Assembly: GCA_029860075.1 (NCBI GenBank)
Contig: JAOUBX010000012.1
Span: 3,654 to 67,653 of the forward strand
Length of the DNA: 64,000 nucleotides
Direction: 5' to 3'
Source: Deltaproteobacteria bacterium
GTDB taxonomy: Bacteria > Desulfobacterota > JADFVX01
The notes under the pieces are model-generated. The model was not told the origin of the DNA. It saw only the letters and a list, made by a program, of their open reading frames with translations, and ran no database searches. Positions 20,678-28,485 of this stretch are shown here, in pieces (positions within the stretch are counted from its first letter, which is position 1; each line of letters begins with the position of its first letter). Both the position numbers and the translations under genes were made by a program.

Positions 20678-21690
20678 AGCTCCCCTCACTCATTATTACT
20701 TCCATTGCCGGTCCCCGTAACGGCATTCTTGTTCAATATGCCAAAGCGTGCGCAAAGCGGGGGGTCCCCTTTTTTCTTATTGGGGATGTTCCCTCTCCAC
20801 AAGACTTCACACTTGAGGGCTGCCGCTTTTACGGAATCGAAGATCAGCAGAAACTGGATTTTAGATGCCTTAAAAATCTTCCTCTCCGTCATTATGCCAG
20901 GAAAAATATTGGATACCTTCTTGCTATCAGGGAGGGGGCTCAAATTATTATTGAAACCGACGATGATAATGTGCCGGAAGAGGGTTTCTGGAATGAACGA
21001 AGTGAAGTCAATGAAGGTGCTTTCATTAAGGGGGCGGGCTGGGTAAATGCCTATTCCTACTTTACTGACGAGCAAATATGGCCCAGGGGCTATCCCCTGG
21101 ACCTTATAAAGAATACGGATTTCCCTTCACATATTCCACATGTTAAAGAAATAAAGTGCCCCGTTCAGCAAGGCCTGGCTAATGACAATCCCGATGTTGA
21201 TGCCATTTACAGGCTTGTTGCGCCTCTTCCCCTGCGTTTCAGAGACGAGGGGAACCTTATTCTTGGTGAGGGAAGCTGGTGTCCTTTCAATAGCCAGAAT
21301 ACGACCTGGTTTCCTCATGCCTTTCCGCTCCTTTATCTTCCTTCTTTTTGCAGTTTCAGAATGACTGATATCTGGAGAAGCTTTGTTGCCCAGAGAATCT
21401 GCTGGGCAAACGGCTGGGGCCTCCTTTTTCATGGTCCCACCGTTAGCCAGATCCGTAATGATCATGATTTGATGAAAGATTTTAACGATGAAATAGCGGG
21501 GTATTTGCATAACAGGGCAATTTGTGATTCTCTTGCCGCTTTGCCGCTTAAATCAGGGATTTCCGGGATTCCCGCAAATATGATGAAATGTTACGAGCAA
21601 CTGACAGTGCTTGGCCATATTGATGCAAAAGAACTGACGCTTCTTGAAGCATGGCTCAGGGACCTGGATGAGGTGACGCCGAAAAAATAA
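20674..21690 (+). CDS. Putative glycosyltransferase-like protein (possibly DUF288/STELLO family)
   Basis: The start overlaps the GT2 stop (ATGA). It has a Rossmann-like N-terminus (LIITSIAGP) and an acidic ETDDDN motif. The family assignment is tentative. Confidence 0.35.
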   Translation: MKLPSLIITSIAGPRNGILVQYAKACAKRGVPFFLIGDVPSPQDFTLEGCRFYGIEDQQKLDFRCLKNLPLRHYARKNIGYLLAIREGAQIIIETDDDNVPEEGFWNERSEVNEGAFIKGAGWVNAYSYFTDEQIWPRGYPLDLIKNTDFPSHIPHVKEIKCPVQQGLANDNPDVDAIYRLVAPLPLRFRDEGNLILGEGSWCPFNSQNTTWFPHAFPLLYLPSFCSFRMTDIWRSFVAQRICWANGWGLLFHGPTVSQIRNDHDLMKDFNDEIAGYLHNRAICDSLAALPLKSGISGIPANMMKCYEQLTVLGHIDAKELTLLEAWLRDLDEVTPKK

Positions 21691-21809
21691 GCCCGCTCCA
21701 TGCAGGGGGGCAAAAAATCGGTTAAAATATGAGTACGGGCACAGATTAAGACCGGACGATTGGCTTTGCTTGTTCATAGCCCGTCCTTGCGCGGAGACTT
21801 ACTGAAAGG

Positions 21810-22409
21810 ATGCAGAAAATTAAACTCACAAAACATGAACTCAAGCGTCATAAGGAGAATTTAAGGCGTTATAACCGCTTTCTCCCCACCCTCACGGCCA
21901 AAAAACAGCAGCTTCAGCGTGAGATTGTAAGAATCAGGGGGGAGATAAAGGGGCTGGAAAGTACCTTTAAAGAAGAAAGGGCAGGTATCATGCCCTGGGT
22001 TTCACTTCTCGCTGAAGATGTGGGTCTTGAAAAAATGGTGCGTTGCAAAGGGATCAGGCTGGGGGCGGATAATATTGCCGGTGTGGATATTCCCGGGTTT
22101 GAAGGTGTTGATCTTGCCGTGACTGACTATGATCTCCTGTCAACGCCCCTCTGGGTTGATTGGGCGATAGAAAAGCTGGGGAGACTCATGGTACTGGATG
22201 CCCGGATCGACGTGCTAAAAAAGCAGATAGCCCTTCTTGCGCAGGAGTTGCTTGTGACGACCCAGAGAGTCAACCTTTTCGAAAAGGTAAAAATTCCGGA
22301 GGCCATCGACGCCATCAGAAGAATAGCGATTCATCTTGGCGACCAGCAGACGGCGGCTGTTGTCTGGGCCAAAATGGCGAAGAAAAAATTGCAGGTACAG
22401 GGCATATGA
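21810..22409 (+). CDS. atpD: V-type ATP synthase subunit D
   Basis: 199-aa coiled-coil protein with the conserved N-terminal pattern of V/A-type D (central rotor stalk). Confidence 0.8.
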   Translation: MQKIKLTKHELKRHKENLRRYNRFLPTLTAKKQQLQREIVRIRGEIKGLESTFKEERAGIMPWVSLLAEDVGLEKMVRCKGIRLGADNIAGVDIPGFEGVDLAVTDYDLLSTPLWVDWAIEKLGRLMVLDARIDVLKKQIALLAQELLVTTQRVNLFEKVKIPEAIDAIRRIAIHLGDQQTAAVVWAKMAKKKLQVQGI

Positions 22410-24262
22410 TTGTTGCCATGAAAAAAATAACCTTTCTCATGAGGCCGCGCTGGTCTTATGAAGCGACTGCCCTTCTCAGGGAGGCAGGCGCGCTGCATTT
22501 AAGTTGCCCCCTTACTCCCGCAAGCGAGCATATTGCAACCATTGAAAATAAAATGAAAACCCTTGAAAAGGCGATAGCTATTCTCCAAAAGGCGGGGGCA
22601 GGGGAAGGGGAAGGGGAAGGGGAAGGGAGAAAGAGTTTTACCATCGAAGAAGCGCAAGTCCTGACGGGACGGATTATTGACCTTGATGAAGCGGCCTGTG
22701 AAGTGGCGAGGGATTTGGAGAAACTTGAAAGTGAATACGAGAGGGTTGTCCGCTGGGGGGATTTCAATCACGCTGACATAGAGGCCCTTGAAAAGGCCGG
22801 CATCGATGTGACGCTTTTTTCATGCCCTCAAGAGGCCCTTGAAAAGTTGCCGGCCGGCTTAAACGGGCATGTTATCAATCGGATCGGCGGCAGGTGCTTT
22901 GTGGTGGTTTTCTCTAAAGGTGAAAGACCGCAAATTCCTTTCAGTAAGGTAGAGGCGCCTCATCGTTCTTTCAAAGAGATAGGGCAATTGATTGATGAAA
23001 ATAAGGAGAGACTTTTAGCTGTTAATGAAGCGTTGAAGGGACTTGCAGGCGCATTGCCGCTATTGATGGAAATATTGGAGGCTTTTAGGGATAAGCTTGA
23101 ATTTGAGAAGGTGCGCCGGGGAATGGGGGAAGAGGACGGCATTGCCTATGTTAAAGGTTTTGTCCCCGCTTGCCGTCTTGAAGTGTTGAAAAAACTGGCC
23201 TCCCAAGAGCGTTGGGGCATTGTTGTCGAGGAACCGGGAGAGGAAGATGATGTGCCCACACTTATCAGGCATTCCAGGTTATCGGCGCTTTTTCAGCCGG
23301 TCATGTCTTTTATGGGCATAACACCGGGCTACTTTGAGTATGATACCAATGCCGTCTTCCTTATCTTCTTTTCCCTCTTTTTTGCCATGATTGTCGGTGA
23401 TGCAGGTTATGGTCTGTTACTGCTTGTTGCCACCTTTGCGCTTCAGCGCTTTAACGCGTCTTTCTCCGGTCATTTGCAGAAGCTTTCTTATCTCCTTTCC
23501 CTGTCGACACTGGTTTGGGGCGCTGTAACGGGTAACTGGTTCGGTGTATCAGGGGCGGCATTGCCTTTGCTTGAAGGCCTGATTATACCGGGCCTTGATT
23601 CCTTCCATGCCGCCGCCGACTCTGTAGTGATGGAATTATGTTTCTTTATCGCCCTCCTCCATCTCTCCGTTGCACATATCTGGAAGGCCCTCCTCTCCTA
23701 TCCCTCTCTAAGGGTATGGGGTGAAAGCGGATGGGTGATCATGCTGACAGGCATTTATTTTCTTGTGAAAGGGCTCATACTCAAAAGTGCTTCTCTTCCC
23801 ATGTCCATGATTTTCGTATTGTCAGGCTTTGCCATGATCATTCTTTTCGGCATGCAGGGACGGGGCGGTTTTTTAAAGGGAACCCTGAAGGGCCTGAAAT
23901 CACTTCCCCTGACGGCCCTTGACGGTGTGGGCGGGCTATCCAATATAGTTTCCTACTTAAGGCTTTTCGCCGTAGGGATGGCGTCGAAAGAGGTGGCGGC
24001 GGCTTTTAACGCAATGGCGCTTGAGAGGGGTTTTCATGATGTAATATCTATCTTCATTGCTGCGCTCATTCTTATTTTCGGTCACGGAGTCAATATGCTT
24101 TTAATTGCCATGTCCGTTATTGTTCACGGTATAAGATTAAATATCCTCGAATATTCGGGACATATGAATATAGAATGGTCGGGCATTCCTTATAAACCCT
24201 TTGGTCGTTCCCCGAAAGAGAAGGAGCAGGAATTGCTTTCGAAAGCGTTAATGGAGGTGTGA
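22406..24262 (+). CDS. atpI: V-type ATP synthase subunit I (a-subunit)
   Basis: The start (MIVAMKKITFL) overlaps the atpD stop (ATGA). It has a soluble N-terminal ~330 aa and a C-terminal multi-TM domain. It contains an in-frame (GGGGAA)4 repeat encoding EGEGEGEG. Confidence 0.8.
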   Translation: MIVAMKKITFLMRPRWSYEATALLREAGALHLSCPLTPASEHIATIENKMKTLEKAIAILQKAGAGEGEGEGEGRKSFTIEEAQVLTGRIIDLDEAACEVARDLEKLESEYERVVRWGDFNHADIEALEKAGIDVTLFSCPQEALEKLPAGLNGHVINRIGGRCFVVVFSKGERPQIPFSKVEAPHRSFKEIGQLIDENKERLLAVNEALKGLAGALPLLMEILEAFRDKLEFEKVRRGMGEEDGIAYVKGFVPACRLEVLKKLASQERWGIVVEEPGEEDDVPTLIRHSRLSALFQPVMSFMGITPGYFEYDTNAVFLIFFSLFFAMIVGDAGYGLLLLVATFALQRFNASFSGHLQKLSYLLSLSTLVWGAVTGNWFGVSGAALPLLEGLIIPGLDSFHAAADSVVMELCFFIALLHLSVAHIWKALLSYPSLRVWGESGWVIMLTGIYFLVKGLILKSASLPMSMIFVLSGFAMIILFGMQGRGGFLKGTLKGLKSLPLTALDGVGGLSNIVSYLRLFAVGMASKEVAAAFNAMALERGFHDVISIFIAALILIFGHGVNMLLIAMSVIVHGIRLNILEYSGHMNIEWSGIPYKPFGRSPKEKEQELLSKALMEV

Positions 24263-24263
24263 T

Positions 24264-24704
24264 GTGAATATTGTCGATATATTAGGTGATACCGGTTTTG
24301 TTATGGCCCTTTGTCTTCCGGCGCTGGGCTCTGTCCTCGGCACAAGCGCGGCAGGAATGGCGGCACTTGGTGCATGGAAAAAGTGCTTCCTTGCAAACAG
24401 GACGGCCCCATTCATCATGGTTGCTTTTGCCGGAGCGCCTCTTTCGCAAACCATTTACGGCATGATCCTTATGAATGCCCTTATGGGCGCCGGGGGGACG
24501 GCAGCAGATGTCAAGTTCAGTGCAGGCCTCTTTGGTGGTCTTGCCATGGGAGCTTCAGCCTGGTTACAGGGTAAGGCCGGGGCACTTGCTTCCGATGCGC
24601 TGTCCGAATCGGAAAAAGGGTTCGGAAACTACATCATGGTTATCGGTATTATTGAGACAGTGGCCCTCTTCGTTATGGTATTTCTCATGACGGCCCTTAA
24701 GTAG
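24264..24704 (+). CDS. atpK: V-type ATP synthase subunit K (proteolipid c-subunit)
   Basis: GTG start one nt after the atpI stop. It has Gly/Ala-rich TM hairpins with the conserved ion-binding Glu (GIIETVALF). Confidence 0.8.
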   Translation: MNIVDILGDTGFVMALCLPALGSVLGTSAAGMAALGAWKKCFLANRTAPFIMVAFAGAPLSQTIYGMILMNALMGAGGTAADVKFSAGLFGGLAMGASAWLQGKAGALASDALSESEKGFGNYIMVIGIIETVALFVMVFLMTALK

Positions 24705-24887
24705 TTTTCATCGGTCAAGGGTGCTTTTTCGCAATCTCTACGTCAATCTTCGGCTTTGCTTGTGCCATGTACAGTAGTACAACTCGGCGAAACCCTTGAT
24801 TTCCTTGACCTTGCAAAAAATCCCTCATTTCCGAATTGAAAACAAAGTTTCATTTATTATAGTTTCCGGATGGACACTAAGTAAAAG
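24697..24887. mobile_element. MITE-like repeat, copy 1. It has a degenerate 3' terminal inverted repeat and carries a ~42-nt internal insertion.
   Basis: About 85-90% identical to 34987-35129 over ~140 nt. It begins at the atpK stop codon. It shares the 5' end TTAAgTAGTTTTCATCGGTCAAGGGTGC and the 3' end GATGGACACTAAgTAA with copy 2. Confidence 0.45.
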
Positions 24888-25255
24888 AGAACGCATATTC
24901 AAAGATGCTCTAAAAAGCCGCAGGAAGCGCCTAAAGGCTCGAAAAATCCGGGCCATACCGGCAGCTTGCAGGGGCGCTTGTGCTGTAAACCATGAACTGC
25001 CGCCGCTTCCAGCTTCAACTGAGGTTGTGTGGCGAGATTATGGGCGGGTCTTTGTCCTGATGGCAGTCTTTTTTCACTCGCTTCCCCTCTCCCGGAATGT
25101 CCTTCCGAAAAATTAAGAGGCTTTTTCCGGCTTCCAATCTCCCGGATAATGAAAGAATATGTCAAAAAAAAGGGGTAGACTGGAAGGGAATAAAGTTATA
25201 ATATATGAAGGTTTTACTGTCTTGTTACTATCACTGTTTGAATAAAGGAAATGCT

Positions 25256-25852
25256 ATGTCAAATAAATGTCTATCTTCCGGCGGACCCGGCGCTTTAGCC
25301 GTCCTTTTCTCCCTTCTTATGTTTATCTCCCCGGTCATCGCTGCTGCTGCGCCAGCCCAAAAGGTGAAAAAGGAGCTTAAGGCCGGCTCTTCAGTTCCTG
25401 CGTCTGCCGGAAATGCAAGAAAAGGGATTGAACCTCTCAGGAAGTTATCTGCCATTGAGGTTTTCAGGAACAAAAAGCTGCTTGAAAAAACGATCAAGGA
25501 CCTCGATGCATACAGGGTAATGCTCAAGTACCTTGTCAGTGAACATCATGAGGACAGTCAGCGTCTTTTGCTGCTTGAAGAGACGGATAATTACATTGAT
25601 AAAAATGTCGATCCTTTAATAGAAGATAATCTTAATTATAATGATGAAACCTTTAACCTTGTCGTTACCTTGAGGTTTTATAAGGCCTATGCTTATTTTG
25701 AAGCAGAGAAGTACGACAAGTATCAGGAAATATTGACGGATATGAAACGGGTCCACGGCACGGAATTTTTGAGTATAGCCATAAGGCCCTTTGGAGAGAA
25801 ATATAAAACCATTGGTGATGCTGTAAAAAATTTAAGAGGGATGATTCTTTAG
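25256..25852 (+). CDS. Hypothetical secreted protein
   Basis: Signal peptide when the start is taken at MSNKCLSS (RBS AAGGAAA). No recognisable domain. Confidence 0.4.
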   Translation: MSNKCLSSGGPGALAVLFSLLMFISPVIAAAAPAQKVKKELKAGSSVPASAGNARKGIEPLRKLSAIEVFRNKKLLEKTIKDLDAYRVMLKYLVSEHHEDSQRLLLLEETDNYIDKNVDPLIEDNLNYNDETFNLVVTLRFYKAYAYFEAEKYDKYQEILTDMKRVHGTEFLSIAIRPFGEKYKTIGDAVKNLRGMIL

Positions 25853-25863
25853 AGGTATAAAAA

Positions 25864-26553
25864 ATGGAATTTAGTTATCGATTTTTTCACGCATTTAATT
25901 CATCTGAGTCAGGGTATGTTTTTATGTGGATACTGCTTTTAAGCGGTATTGTTGCCATGGCTATTGTTATTGAAAGGTTGGCCTTTCTCACCTTAAAGTC
26001 AGGGAAAAGGAGCGCTTCACAATTAGATAATGTGATTTCCGTGGTGGCCGGCGGCGATATGAAAGGCGGTCTTGCCCTTTGCGCCGGGGCAAGTAAAAAA
26101 GCTGTTTTCCAGGTCCTGGAAAATGTGCTGGCAAGCTCTCCGTCAGGAAGTGATCAGGTGCAGAATGTGGTTGATGAATCGATGCTAAAAGTCATTCCTC
26201 ACCTTGAAAAGAGAACGACTTTCCTGGCGACGATAGGTAATATTGCAACCTTGATCGGCCTTATGGGAACCATTTACGGCCTTATTCTTTCTTTTTCCGC
26301 CGTAGGTAAGCCCGGTATCGATGCCGTAGAAAAATCGACACTGCTTGCGTCGGGAATTGCCGCGGCCATGAGCACCACTTTTATGGGCCTGCTTGTCGCC
26401 ATCCCGTCAATCGGCATGTATGCTTATTTGAAATCCAAAACCCAGATGATAGTTGATGAAATTGATCTTTATACGCTGAAGCTTTCCAATGCCCTGCTCA
26501 TAAGCCAGGAAAAAAGAGTTGAAAAAAATTATGACGATTCAAGCCGGGTTTAA
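25864..26553 (+). CDS. MotA/TolQ/ExbB proton-channel family protein
   Basis: 229 aa with three TM helices. It has the conserved TM2/TM3 block (GLMGTIYGLILSF ... LLASGIAAAMSTTFMGL). Confidence 0.8.
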   Translation: MEFSYRFFHAFNSSESGYVFMWILLLSGIVAMAIVIERLAFLTLKSGKRSASQLDNVISVVAGGDMKGGLALCAGASKKAVFQVLENVLASSPSGSDQVQNVVDESMLKVIPHLEKRTTFLATIGNIATLIGLMGTIYGLILSFSAVGKPGIDAVEKSTLLASGIAAAMSTTFMGLLVAIPSIGMYAYLKSKTQMIVDEIDLYTLKLSNALLISQEKRVEKNYDDSSRV

Positions 26554-26616
26554 TCCTTTGCAGGGGAAAGGCCCGCCAATAGCATACCGCTAATCTGACC
26601 TTCGGAAAAATATGAA

Positions 26617-27936
26617 ATGTATTTTATTAATGAACTGCTAAGTGGATTTAAACCGGGGCAGGAGAGCTTTGTCTTTATGTGGGGCCTCGCTCTTGTTGCT
26701 TTTATTGCCGTAGTGATTAATGTTGAGAGATGGTTGAGGATCAAGAAGCTGACCGACGTTAATGCCCTGGCCTTTATTGATGAAGTTTGTCATCTTATTG
26801 ATGAACAAAAGCATGATCAGGCTCTCAAAATTTGTGACCTGGGCGGAGAGAGAGCGCTTGCAGGAATTGCAGGCGCCGCTATCAGACAGTCCCTTCGCTT
26901 TCCTCACCTTGTCAAAAGCGCTATGGAAGAGGAGTTCCTTAAGGTTATTCCCTCTATGGACCGCAGGTTAAACCTCATCTTTGTTATCAGCAACCTCTCT
27001 ACCATGATAGGGCTTATGGGTACCATATGGGGGCTAATTATCGCTTTTTCAGCGATTAGCAATCCCGGTGTTGCAGCCGTTGAAAAAAGCTCTCTCCTTG
27101 CGGCCGGTGTGTCGACAGCCATGAACACAACCCTCGTTGGCCTTACCATCAGTATCCCCTGTCTTCTTTCTTTCTTTATCTTCAGAAACTGGGTTGACAG
27201 AAAAACAGTTGAGCTTGATCGTTATGCTCTTCATCTTTTACGCGTACTTTCTCCCGGAGTAACGGCCGTAAAGAATTATAAGTTTTCCAGCAAAAGAATC
27301 AGTGAGGATATCGATCATGAACCGAATATCGGTCCCATGATGAGCCTCATTGTCATTCTTATTCCCCTTCTTCTTTCTTCTGCCGAATTTGTCAAGGTGG
27401 GCGCCATAGAGCTTCATGTTCCGGACAATAAAAAACAGGAACAGCCCAAGACTGAAGAGAAAGATGAAAAGGAGAGCATCTATCTCGGTCTTAAGCTGAA
27501 GATAGGGAAAGAGGGATTTTATCTTTCACACTATTTCAAGGATGAAGGGGCCGTTAATGAAGGGGGAGATGGCAGTGAACATTCCCTTCCCGATATTCCC
27601 ATGGCGGACGGCAGGTATGATTTTAAGGTTCTTCAGAAAAAGCTCGCTGAAATTAAAAGGTTGACTCTCCTGTCTCTTGCCGCGGTGGAATATGATGTCG
27701 ATGAAGATGCGCCCCTCGATGAGTCATATGTTCTTTTTGCAAAGGTTGCCGGCAGTGAAAGCCTGAAAGGTTTTCTTGAGGACCGGGACCAGGTAAAAAT
27801 ATCGGCTGAAAAGGATGTCCCTTACCAGACAATTATTTCTGTTATGGATTCGGCGCGGGAAGTTCAGGCGAAAAGCGGAAAAATACCGCTCTTTCCATCC
27901 ATATCATTTGCAGGGAGTGTGACACCAGGGCAATGA
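26617..27936 (+). CDS. MotA/TolQ/ExbB-family protein with a C-terminal ExbD/TolR-like extension (fusion)
   Basis: Residues 1-200 form an ExbB-like three-TM core (GLMGTIWGLIIAF, LLAAGVSTAMNTTLVGL). Residues ~235-439 resemble ExbD: a TM segment EPNIGPMMSLIVILIPLLL, in which the usually conserved Asp is replaced by Ser, and a C-terminal periplasmic block DVPYQTIISVMDSARE. Confidence 0.65.
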   Translation: MYFINELLSGFKPGQESFVFMWGLALVAFIAVVINVERWLRIKKLTDVNALAFIDEVCHLIDEQKHDQALKICDLGGERALAGIAGAAIRQSLRFPHLVKSAMEEEFLKVIPSMDRRLNLIFVISNLSTMIGLMGTIWGLIIAFSAISNPGVAAVEKSSLLAAGVSTAMNTTLVGLTISIPCLLSFFIFRNWVDRKTVELDRYALHLLRVLSPGVTAVKNYKFSSKRISEDIDHEPNIGPMMSLIVILIPLLLSSAEFVKVGAIELHVPDNKKQEQPKTEEKDEKESIYLGLKLKIGKEGFYLSHYFKDEGAVNEGGDGSEHSLPDIPMADGRYDFKVLQKKLAEIKRLTLLSLAAVEYDVDEDAPLDESYVLFAKVAGSESLKGFLEDRDQVKISAEKDVPYQTIISVMDSAREVQAKSGKIPLFPSISFAGSVTPGQ

Positions 27937-28433
27937 AACGCGGACGCAGAAGAAAAATGGGGTCTCAGGGGGACCACAATGCAAAATTGAACATTACATC
28001 CATGATGGATATATTTATTATTATTCTTGTCTTTTTGCTTAAAGTTTTTTCAACTCAGGGCCAGCTCGTAACGCCGGCTGCCGGCCTTACCTTGCCCACA
28101 TCAACCATAGAAAGTCCGGCCAGGGAGTCTTTGTCCGTCAAGATCCTGGCAGACAAGATACTGGTTGAGGATGAGGTGGTTCTTAATAGTGTGGATTATG
28201 AAAAAACGGTAAAAGATGAATCAAAGGGTCTCATCAAATCATTATACAATACGCTGGTTCTTCATGCCAAAGAGGCTAAAGCGGTATCTGAAAAAGTAGA
28301 AAGCAGCTTTTCAGGTGAGATAACTATTCATGGTGATAAGGGTATCCCTTATAATCTGCTGACTCGCGTTATGTATACGTGCACAAAAGCAGGCTACCCT
28401 GTTATGAAGCTCCTTGTTTACAGGGAGGAATAA
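27933..28433 (+). CDS. Biopolymer transporter ExbD/TolR family
   Basis: Single TM segment with the conserved Asp (ITSMMDIFIIILVFLL). The periplasmic domain has an ExbD-like C-terminal block. The start overlaps the preceding stop. Confidence 0.75.
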   Translation: MKRGRRRKMGSQGDHNAKLNITSMMDIFIIILVFLLKVFSTQGQLVTPAAGLTLPTSTIESPARESLSVKILADKILVEDEVVLNSVDYEKTVKDESKGLIKSLYNTLVLHAKEAKAVSEKVESSFSGEITIHGDKGIPYNLLTRVMYTCTKAGYPVMKLLVYREE

Positions 28434-28485
28434 TGGATCTTTTTTTCGTCTATAAGGAGGTTTACCTCTGAAAAACAGTGATAAA

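Noticed and set aside
22160-22405. 5' extension of the atpI ORF (start at 22160) overlapping atpD
   Set aside because: The extension is Arg/Gly-rich out-of-frame translation of atpD. An ATGA overlap at 22406 gives the conserved subunit I N-terminus (MIVAMKKITFL).
24705-24890. Sigma54 (-24/-12) promoter inside repeat copy 1 (TGGCAC on the minus strand)
   Set aside because: TGGCAC is present, but no properly spaced TTGC -12 element follows it. The motif also lies in the copy-1-specific insertion, which copy 2 lacks.
25864-28433. Zorya (ZorAB) or flagellar MotAB stator interpretation of the MotA-family genes
   Set aside because: No MotB/ZorB-type OmpA-like peptidoglycan-binding domain, no long ZorA-style coiled-coil tail, and no ZorC/D genes. 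The TM and periplasmic motifs are ExbB/ExbD/TolQR-type.
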